Part shown: positions 7,244 through 13,034 of the stretch, piece after piece
Layout: each line of letters starts with the position of its first letter
Position numbering within the stretch: the first letter of the stretch is position 1
The notes under the pieces: generated by a model
The model's database searches: none
The model's input: only the letters and a program-made list of their open reading frames with translations
Told to the model about the DNA's origin: nothing
Made by a program: the position numbers and the translations under genes
Source of the DNA: a virus
Lineage: Duplodnaviria > Heunggongvirae > Uroviricota > Caudoviricetes
Reading direction: 5' to 3' (one strand)
Length of the DNA: 13,034 bases
IMG/VR virus record: IMGVR_UViG_638341084_000022

Positions 7244-8353
7244 ATGACCGACACCACCATGCAATTGCTCAGTCAGAGCACAGACCCCGTGAAAATGCCG
7301 GATTTTGATATTCTCGCGGAGGGTAAAACGCTGTCAGGCGTGGCAGAGCGCCTGATGAGCCTGTCACTGACCGACAACCGGGGATTTGAAGCGGACCAGC
7401 TCACCATCACGCTGGATGATGCGGATGGTCAGTTGCAGCTACCGCCACGGGGCGCGCGCCTGACGGTTCTCATTGGCTGGAAAGGCGAACCGCTGACAGA
7501 AAAAGGCTCTTACATTGTCGATGAAATCGCACACGAAGGACCGCCGGACAGGCTGACTGTTTCAGCCAGAAGCGCAGATTTTCGGGATGAATTTAACGTT
7601 AAACGTGAGGTGTCCTGGCATGATGTGACCGTTGAGCGTGTGGTATCCGCCATCGCTCATCGGTACGGTCTGAAACCGCAAATCAGCGAAATGCTGATGC
7701 ATATCGAAATCGACCACGCCGACCAGACCGAAGAAAGTGACATGTCCTTCCTTACGCGCATGGCGGAAATGCTGGGCGCAATCACCACGGTAAAAAGCGG
7801 TAATCTGTTATTCATCATGCCCGGCGGTGGCGTGAACGCACAGGGCCAGCCGTTGCCATCGTTCGCCATCACACGCAGCAGCGGCGATCGCCATCAGTTC
7901 CGCATTGCTGACCGCGAGGCGTATACGGGGGTACGCGCTTACTGGCTTGATCTTAATTACGGGAAAAAGAAAAAAGTCAGCGTGAAACGCCGCAAACCGC
8001 CAAAACCCAAAAAGGAGAAAAGCAGCAGCCGTGAAGGTGATTATATGGAAGGCGCGGAAGGCAATGTGTTTGTGTTACGCAAGACTTATCAGAACGAGCA
8101 GGCAGCAAGACGCGCAGCGGCGGCAAAGTGGCAGCAGCTACAACGCGGAGCCGCATCATTCTCCATCATGCTGGCACGCGGACGCGCAGAACTCTACCCC
8201 GAAATGCATGGCACGGTAACAGGCTTTAAAAGCGAGATTGATAATCAGGACTGGATTATTGCAAAAGCCGAGCACACCATTGATAACAGCGGCTTTACCA
8301 CACAGCTTGAGCTTGAGGCAAAAATCCCGGAATGGATAGCAGAAACAGAGTGA
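7244..8353 (+). CDS. D: P2 gpD-like tail protein (late gene D), full length
   Basis: Translation (...LSLTDNRGFEADQLTITLDDADGQ..., ...VDEIAHEGPPDRLTVSARSADFRDEFNVKREVSWHD..., ...DREAYTGVRAYWLD..., ...GEYMAGEA-like GDYMEGAEGNVF...) is colinear with P2 gpD as recalled. The second ATG at 7244 has a GGGAGGG Shine-Dalgarno; the ORF-track start at 7223 is probably too far upstream. Confidence 0.88.
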   Translation: MTDTTMQLLSQSTDPVKMPDFDILAEGKTLSGVAERLMSLSLTDNRGFEADQLTITLDDADGQLQLPPRGARLTVLIGWKGEPLTEKGSYIVDEIAHEGPPDRLTVSARSADFRDEFNVKREVSWHDVTVERVVSAIAHRYGLKPQISEMLMHIEIDHADQTEESDMSFLTRMAEMLGAITTVKSGNLLFIMPGGGVNAQGQPLPSFAITRSSGDRHQFRIADREAYTGVRAYWLDLNYGKKKKVSVKRRKPPKPKKEKSSSREGDYMEGAEGNVFVLRKTYQNEQAARRAAAAKWQQLQRGAASFSIMLARGRAELYPEMHGTVTGFKSEIDNQDWIIAKAEHTIDNSGFTTQLELEAKIPEWIAETE

Positions 8354-8421
8354 GCAACTTAGACATATTAGCTCAGACTTAAACTGGCAAGTTTACAGTA
8401 TAGAATTAAACATAAACGACG

Positions 8422-8453
8422 GTCCGCTCCGTGTCAGAAGCGGACTTTGTCAT
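8422..8453. terminator. weak hairpin between convergent D and cargo gene; possible terminator
   Basis: Stem GTCCGCT (8422-8428), 10-nt loop, stem AGCGGAC (8439-8445), followed by TTTGTCAT. The stem is short and the loop large, so this is a weak call. Confidence 0.3.
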
Positions 8454-8473
8454 CCCTATGTAAGGTTGATTGC

Positions 8474-9496
8474 TTAATACGCATTTAATTTAAATTTGTA
8501 TTTGCCTTCTATGTAATGGATAAATTCAATTATGCTTTTTTCTATCGCATCTAATATATGAATATATCCATCCCGATTTAAGGTCCTATCCAACTCAAAG
8601 TGATGAACTATCCCATGTCTATATTGTATGATTTCAGAAATTCGATTCTCAAGAAAATCAACTGATTTTCCAATTCTTTTTTTCTTATAAAGAATCGCTC
8701 TCACATCTATATCCAGCCACTCTTTATATGCTTTATTTAGGTGGGTTAAGTTTTGAAAAGTGTAATTTCTTGCAATAACACTTTCTATTGAAATATTTCC
8801 TTTCTCTATCTCAAGCAGAATATCAAAATCAACTTTTTGCTTATACGATGTTCTTTTTGCTATTGCGAAAGGATCGTACTTTATAAGTATTTGAAAAGCT
8901 CTAGAGAAAAAATATTCAAACATAGCAACCGCAAAAGGTACTAATCCATTATATATAACTCTACTGGGATCCATACATTGCATGTAATCAAAGTATTCGG
9001 ATAAGCCGCCATCTTCCGGTAGGTTTAATTTAATAGAAGGTTCAGGTAAGGCATGTTTAACAGCGGAAATCTCATGATGGACATGATTAAATATTGAAGA
9101 AATGCCACGACTGATCGGACTACTAGAATCCTTCCATAGAGGAGCGTACCTATTTTTCCCATAATCACCTATAAGTGTTCCACCAAAAAGACTCCGTGCG
9201 CCTTTTAGAACATCATTAAGCATTTTTACATCATGCCAACTAGCGCTATATAAATTACGCACATGCAATGCCCATTTATTACCAGATATGTGTAGTTCGT
9301 CATTTGAAACAGGATATATATCAGCCGAAACTCCATCTGTAGATTTGAAGTCCGTATCATCAAACCAAGAGTAATTCAACGTTCCTTGGGGCCATTCCCA
9401 CAAATGTTTACACCTTTTAAAACCTAAATTTTCAAGGTAATTTTTAAGTTCGTTTCTAGTTGCTTTTTTAGGGTACAGCGTTATATCTCTTCCCAT
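8474..9496 (-). CDS. hypothetical protein, AT-rich cargo gene inserted between D and ogr; possible HEPN-like C-terminal domain
   Basis: An uninterrupted 340-codon ORF with an AGGTGA Shine-Dalgarno about 8 nt upstream of ATG 9496. It is visibly more AT-rich than the flanking tail genes and uses AGA/ATA codons. The C-terminal region has an R-x4-H arrangement (QYRHGIVHH, residues 293-298, nt 8620-8603) followed by a predicted final helix, as in HEPN nuclease domains. I recognise no family with confidence. Confidence 0.75.
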   Translation of the reverse strand: MGRDITLYPKKATRNELKNYLENLGFKRCKHLWEWPQGTLNYSWFDDTDFKSTDGVSADIYPVSNDELHISGNKWALHVRNLYSASWHDVKMLNDVLKGARSLFGGTLIGDYGKNRYAPLWKDSSSPISRGISSIFNHVHHEISAVKHALPEPSIKLNLPEDGGLSEYFDYMQCMDPSRVIYNGLVPFAVAMFEYFFSRAFQILIKYDPFAIAKRTSYKQKVDFDILLEIEKGNISIESVIARNYTFQNLTHLNKAYKEWLDIDVRAILYKKKRIGKSVDFLENRISEIIQYRHGIVHHFELDRTLNRDGYIHILDAIEKSIIEFIHYIEGKYKFKLNAY

Positions 9497-9687
9497 GCTT
9501 TATTCACCTGATATACAATATTTTAAATTTTAACTATTATGAACGTATGAATTTTCACATTGGATGTATGGAAGTTCAACAACTATTGAAAGTTCAATTT
9601 TCACTCTTCGCACAGAGCGAGCTGTTAGTTGGAATTAGGGATCGTACAATCTAGAATAGCGGCAACACCACGTTAAGGGAGGTCGCT

Positions 9688-9948
9688 ATGTTCCGTTGTC
9701 CGCTTTGTGCCGCATCTGCCCGTATCCGCACAAGTCGTCCGGAAAATGATTCAAACACCGTGCGGCAAAAATATTACCAGTGTAACAATCTGGAATGCGG
9801 CGTATGCTTCTCAACACTGGAAGCTTTCCATAAATTCACATCGAAACACGCCTCCGGCGTTCACTCTTCAGAAGGTATCCCGTGGCATGAGCTACCAGCT
9901 TCACACAGGGGAAACAATCAGATGAGTTTGCCTTTACCTAAGAATTAA
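9688..9948 (+). CDS. ogr: Ogr/Delta-family zinc-finger late transcription activator
   Basis: MFRCPLCAASARIRTSRPENDSNTVRQKYYQCNNLECGVCFSTLEAF... carries the C-x2-C...C-x4-C zinc-binding pattern and the RTSR motif I recall from P2 Ogr. An AAGGGAGG Shine-Dalgarno sits 5 nt upstream, with a TACAAT -10-like hexamer at 9645-9650. Location downstream of D matches P2. Confidence 0.85.
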   Translation: MFRCPLCAASARIRTSRPENDSNTVRQKYYQCNNLECGVCFSTLEAFHKFTSKHASGVHSSEGIPWHELPASHRGNNQMSLPLPKN

Positions 9949-9957
9949 CAAGCAGAA

Positions 9958-9986
9958 TTGCCGGAGTAACAAAAAAGCGATAGATT
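9958..9986 (+). promoter_or_regulatory. candidate sigma70 promoter for the hok-like mRNA
   Basis: TTGCCG (9958-9963), a 17-bp spacer, then TAGATT (9981-9986). The predicted start near 9993 coincides with the 5' element GGGTGCCTT that is complementary to the 3' end of the locus. Hexamers are weak matches. Confidence 0.3.
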
Positions 9987-10138
9987 ACGCGCGGGTGCCT
10001 TTCGGCTGATGGTCGGAGGGAATACCCGAAGGCCAGATGTGGAAAGGCCCCGGAAAACACTTTTGTTTAACCGAGGCCCTAACCGTCTACCCTAAGCAAG
10101 TGAAAGGTTAGCGCCTCTCCGGAAAAGGAGCAAGTGCT

Positions 10139-10279
10139 ATGTCGCAAAAATCGCTTACAGCCATCACGTTCTGCGTGACGGTAATCCTCATCATCTGGAT
10201 GTTGCACGGTTCGCTGTGCGAAATACGGATGAGTTTCTGGGGAGCGGAGTTTGCGGCGTTCTTACAGTGTAAGCAGTAA
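10139..10279 (+). CDS. Hok/Gef-family type I toxin (46 aa small membrane peptide)
   Basis: This small ORF is not in the six-frame track (under 60 aa). Translation is MSQKSLTAITFCVTVILIIWMLHGSLCEIRMSFWGAEFAAFLQCKQ: an N-terminal transmembrane helix, then the SLCE(I/L) motif and an AAFL-x-CK tail, as in HokA/Hok as recalled. An AAGGAG Shine-Dalgarno sits 8 nt upstream. Fold-back complementarity of the mRNA ends supports a hok-type locus (see findings). Confidence 0.7.
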   Translation: MSQKSLTAITFCVTVILIIWMLHGSLCEIRMSFWGAEFAAFLQCKQ

Positions 10280-10288
10280 GGAAACCGC

Positions 10289-10310
10289 GACGGGGGAGTA
10301 ATCCCCCGTC
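10289..10310 (+). other. perfect 9-bp stem-loop with GUAA tetraloop immediately 3' of the hok-like ORF
   Basis: GACGGGGGA (10289-10297), loop GTAA, TCCCCCGTC (10302-10310). No U-tract follows, so this is more likely an mRNA structural or stability element than a terminator. Confidence 0.5.
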
Positions 10311-10360
10311 AATCGGTTGCCAGGGTAAGGTCGATAAGGCACCCTATCTCACGGCTCTAA

Positions 10361-10396
10361 ATGCAAAAATTCCATGAAACTGTGGGATTTTTGCAT
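10361..10396 (+). terminator. 13/14-bp inverted repeat hairpin; candidate 3' terminator of the hok-like transcript or an operator
   Basis: ATGCAAAAATTCCA (10361-10374), 8-nt loop, TGGGATTTTTGCAT (10383-10396), with one mismatch. The right arm contains a T5 run. It lies just downstream of the 3' fold-back element at 10336-10344. Confidence 0.35.
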
Positions 10397-10540
10397 CACT
10401 ACTGATACAGATCTGACCTTCTTTATGTCTCACTCTATACCAGCTAATCAATTGACACTTATCAATAAAAAAAAATCTGATAAAATCAAAATGTTTTGTA
10501 ACAAATATCAACTCGTATTGATCCAAAGGAGGCGGATTAC

Positions 10541-10873
10541 ATGGCATTAATCAAATGTCCTGAATGCCAGAAAGAGGTGAGCGATTCAGCATTGTATTGC
10601 CCTGCTTGCGGTAAACAAATAAAAAAACTTAAGCGTTCATTTTTTGGAAAGCTCATTAAGTGGATTTTTATATTATTTAATATTTTTATGATCTATACGC
10701 TTTTAGTTGGACTGGGAGGCACTAGTGAAATAATAAATAATGCAACATCCGATGCCGAAAAAGCCGGTGTAGTTATTGGTACAGGCTTAGGTTTAATTAC
10801 CATTGGAAGTTTATGGGTTATTGGCGATATCATTATCGGAATTTTAGTGTTTCTTACTAAACCAAAAGGATAA
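10541..10873 (+). CDS. small zinc-ribbon membrane protein (CxxC-x10-CxxC N-terminus, two predicted TM helices)
   Basis: MALIKCPECQKEVSDSALYCPACGK..., followed by two hydrophobic stretches (IKWIFILFNIFMIYTLLVGLGG and VVIGTGLGLITIGSLWVIGDIIIGILVFL). An AGGAGG Shine-Dalgarno sits 8 nt upstream. The gene is AT-rich. Confidence 0.7.
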   Translation: MALIKCPECQKEVSDSALYCPACGKQIKKLKRSFFGKLIKWIFILFNIFMIYTLLVGLGGTSEIINNATSDAEKAGVVIGTGLGLITIGSLWVIGDIIIGILVFLTKPKG

Positions 10874-10877
10874 CAAA

Positions 10878-11771
10878 ATGAAAAATATAATTTTTTCTAT
10901 AGGTGCATCATTTATATCAATTAGTGTACTGCCTGTTCACGCAGCAACTGAACATAATAACTTCAATGCAGTACTCCAGTGCCGAGCAATAGAAAATAAT
11001 AAAGACAGACTTTCTTGTTACGATAAGTCAATACAACCGACTCGAACGAAAGTTGCTGAAAAATTCGAAAGCAGAGATCAATGCCCTGATGAGAAAGATG
11101 ATGACAGACGTTTATCTTGTTATGATCGTTTTTTTTCTCCAACATTTACTCCATCTGTAAACTCAAAATCTAAAACGGAAAAGCCAGTAACAACAGAGGC
11201 TCAGCAACCAAATCTTTCTGAGATATCTAAATGCCGAGCAGAAAATGATAAAGAAGCCAGACTAAACTGCTACGATAAACTATTCCCACAGGATAAAGCT
11301 GTTCAAGCTGAATCAAAATTAGAGAAAGCCACAGATGTAGGAAAATGGCACACATCCATTACTACATCGCCAATTGATGATTCGAAAAATGTAATTTTAT
11401 CGTTAGAAAGTGATGATTATATCAGAACTCCATTTGGAGAAGCGGTTACTCCTACTCTGTTTATAGCTTGCCGAGAAAAGAAAACCGAAGTATTTCTTAG
11501 TTGGGATGTATATTTAGGCCTTGAACAAACCAGCATGCTTTATCGTCTTGATAAACAGAAAGCAGTTGAGCGAAACTGGCTAGTATCTACAGATACAAAG
11601 GCTGTTTTTTATAAAGGTAATGACATTGATTTCATCCGAAAACTAGCCAACTCAAACAAAATGTATACAAAAATAACTCCTTATAATGAGAGCCCTGTAA
11701 GTGCAACTTTCAATTTAAACGGCCTGTCAAACGCGCTAAAACCACTTCAAGCTGCTTGTAACTGGAAATAG
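10878..11771 (+). CDS. secreted protein with three tandem Cys-containing repeats (C-x8-RL[SN]CYD[KR]) and a C-terminal domain of unknown function
   Basis: Sec-type signal peptide (MKNIIFSIGASFISISVLPVHA / ATE). Repeats lie at residues 35-50, 69-84 and 119-134 (nt 10980-11279). It starts 4 nt after the zinc-ribbon gene stop, with an AAGGA Shine-Dalgarno, so is likely co-transcribed. The gene is AT-rich. Confidence 0.75.
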   Translation: MKNIIFSIGASFISISVLPVHAATEHNNFNAVLQCRAIENNKDRLSCYDKSIQPTRTKVAEKFESRDQCPDEKDDDRRLSCYDRFFSPTFTPSVNSKSKTEKPVTTEAQQPNLSEISKCRAENDKEARLNCYDKLFPQDKAVQAESKLEKATDVGKWHTSITTSPIDDSKNVILSLESDDYIRTPFGEAVTPTLFIACREKKTEVFLSWDVYLGLEQTSMLYRLDKQKAVERNWLVSTDTKAVFYKGNDIDFIRKLANSNKMYTKITPYNESPVSATFNLNGLSNALKPLQAACNWK

Positions 11772-11799
11772 CATAAATCATGTGGCTTAGCCACAATCA

Positions 11800-11841
11800 C
11801 AGATAACACAAAGCCCGTGAAAACGGGCTTTGTGTTATCTG
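11800..11841. repeat. perfect 18-bp inverted repeat with 6-nt loop (strong hairpin); possible bidirectional terminator or boundary element
   Basis: CAGATAACACAAAGCCCG (11800-11817), loop TGAAAA, CGGGCTTTGTGTTATCTG (11824-11841). It is preceded by a second small palindrome, TGTGGC-TTA-GCCACA (11781-11795). No canonical U-tract follows on either strand. Confidence 0.6.
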
Positions 11842-11982
11842 TAACTCGAAAATGTGGTCACTACGTGGACACGTGCTGATATAAATCCTTTTATATCAAT
11901 AAATTAAATCATCATTTTTTTCATCAACAAGGATTTTCACGTTTGTGTTACCTGTATGAGACGAGAGTTAACCGGACAAGTG

Positions 11983-11991
11983 TGCCATAAT
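11983..11991 (+). promoter_or_regulatory. candidate extended -10 element (TGcCATAAT) of the flk promoter
   Basis: TG at 11983-11984, then CATAAT at 11986-11991, about 48 bp upstream of the flk ATG. No good -35 hexamer is present. Confidence 0.3.
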
Positions 11992-12038
11992 CTCGCGGCC
12001 AGGCATACTTGCGAAGATTTCAGGTATAAGGATACGTA

Positions 12039-13034
12039 ATGATACAACCTATTTCCGGCCCTCCTCCTGGGCAACCACCAGGTCAGGGAGATAACCTGCC
12101 GTCTGGCGCGGGCAATCAGCCTTTATCCAGTCAGCAACGTACTTCGCTGGAAAGCTTAATGACGAAAGTGACCTCACTGACGCAACAACAAAGAGCAGAA
12201 CTGTGGGCGGGTATCAGGCACGATATTGGTCTGTCGGGAGATTCACCGCTGCTTTCGCGTCACTTCCCTGCCGCTGAGCATAATCTGGCGCAACGTCTGC
12301 TGGCCGCGCAAAAAAGCCATTCTGCCCGCCAGCTTTTAGCGCAATTAGGGGAGTATTTACGTCTGGGGAATAATCGTCAGGCGGTCACGGATTATATCCG
12401 TCATAACTTTGGTCAGACGCCGCTGAATCAGCTCTCACCGGAGCAATTAAAAACCATTCTCACCCTGTTGCAGGAAGGGAAGATGGTTATTCCGCAACCA
12501 CAGCAGCGCGAGGCGACCGACCGTCCTTTATTACCGGCGGAGCACAATGCGCTAAAACAGCTGGTGACCAAACTTGCGGCGGCAACGGGGGAACCCAGCA
12601 AACAGATCTGGCAATCGATGCTGGAACTTTCCGGGGTGAAAGATGGCGAGTTAATTCCAGCGAAACTGTTTAACCATCTGGTGACCTGGTTGCAGGCGCG
12701 CCAGACGTTAAGCCAGCAAAATACGCCGACGCTGGAATCACTACAGATGGCGCTAAAACAACCTTTAGATGCCAGTGAACTGGCGGCGTTATCGGCATAT
12801 ATCCAGCAAAAATATGGCCTTTCTGCGCAATCATCGCTTTCTTCTGCCCAGGCCGAGGATATTCTTAATCAGCTTTATCAACGGCGGGTTAAAGGGATTG
12901 ATCCGCGTGATATGCAACCGCTGCTTAATCCTTTTCCACCGATGATGGACACGTTGCAAAATATGGCAACGCGTCCCGCGCTGTGGATACTGTTAGTCGC
13001 GATTATCCTGATGCTGGTCTGGCTGGTTCGTTAG
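12039..13034 (+). CDS. flk: flagellar regulator Flk (C-terminally membrane-anchored)
   Basis: A 331-aa ORF with a Pro/Gln-rich N-terminus (MIQPISGPPPGQPPGQGDNLP...) and a C-terminal hydrophobic anchor (PALWILLVAIILMLVWLVR), matching enterobacterial Flk as recalled. An AAGGA Shine-Dalgarno sits 7 nt upstream. Typical GC-rich host codon usage. Confidence 0.75.
   Translation: MIQPISGPPPGQPPGQGDNLPSGAGNQPLSSQQRTSLESLMTKVTSLTQQQRAELWAGIRHDIGLSGDSPLLSRHFPAAEHNLAQRLLAAQKSHSARQLLAQLGEYLRLGNNRQAVTDYIRHNFGQTPLNQLSPEQLKTILTLLQEGKMVIPQPQQREATDRPLLPAEHNALKQLVTKLAAATGEPSKQIWQSMLELSGVKDGELIPAKLFNHLVTWLQARQTLSQQNTPTLESLQMALKQPLDASELAALSAYIQQKYGLSAQSSLSSAQAEDILNQLYQRRVKGIDPRDMQPLLNPFPPMMDTLQNMATRPALWILLVAIILMLVWLVR

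Noticed and set aside
9707-9925. 72-aa ORF overlapping ogr in another frame
   Set aside because: Alternative-frame overlap of the Ogr-like zinc-finger ORF, which has the better start context and family signature.
10009-10138. Possible mok-like overlapping reading frame or Sok antisense RNA upstream of the hok-like ORF
   Set aside because: Upstream ATGs at 10009 and 10037 both hit stop codons before reaching the toxin ORF, and no clear antisense promoter was seen by eye. The locus is reported as hok-like without claiming mok or sok.
10344-10547. 67-aa minus-strand ORF in the hok/cassette intergenic region
   Set aside because: It overlaps the hairpin and the promoter region of the cassette, has no obvious Shine-Dalgarno, and has a low-complexity product. 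It is likely spurious but is not excluded by any experiment.
10491-10550. 19-codon upstream ORF (MFCNKYQLVLIQRRRITWH) overlapping the start of the zinc-ribbon gene
   Set aside because: It has no Shine-Dalgarno and would only be translated as a leaderless message. This is too speculative to annotate.
11811-11819. AAGCCCGTG inside the 18-bp palindrome resembling part of the P2 att core as I recall it
   Set aside because: Only a 9-nt match to a sequence recalled from memory. This is insufficient to call an attachment site.
1-13034. CRISPR arrays, tRNA or rRNA genes
   Set aside because: No regularly spaced direct repeats and no tRNA-like or rRNA-like sequence were recognised anywhere in the window.

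Overview
The window reads as an enterobacterial (E. coli-like) chromosomal segment carrying a rearranged P2-like prophage tail module plus horizontally acquired cargo. All assignments rest on reading the six-frame translations and on recalled family features; no database search was run. Left to right: a partial IS2 (1-334, minus) abuts a truncated tail-fibre variable-segment ORF (332-814, minus) whose frame runs through a gix-type crossover site (797-822). A Gin/Pin-family serine invertase follows (877-1467, plus). Convergent on it, on the minus strand, is a complete P2-type tail operon FI-FII-E/E'-T-U (7087 down to 1496) with an A7 slippery site for the E/E' -1 frameshift. A full-length gpD (7244-8353, plus) is divergent from FI. 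Between D and an Ogr/Delta-type zinc-finger activator (9688-9948) sits an AT-rich 340-aa minus-strand cargo gene of unknown function (8474-9496). Downstream are a Hok/Gef-family type I toxin locus (toxin ORF 10139-10279, absent from the ORF track), an AT-rich two-gene cassette (zinc-ribbon membrane protein plus secreted Cys-repeat protein, 10541-11771), a perfect 18-bp palindrome, and flk (12039-13034). No rRNA, tRNA or CRISPR array was recognised. The best candidates for an undescribed system are the orphan 340-aa gene (possible HEPN-like Rx4H motif, candidate defence or abortive-infection gene) and the two-gene cassette. The hok-like locus, the orphan invertible tail-fibre switch and the non-canonical orientation of the tail operon relative to D/ogr are also worth follow-up.
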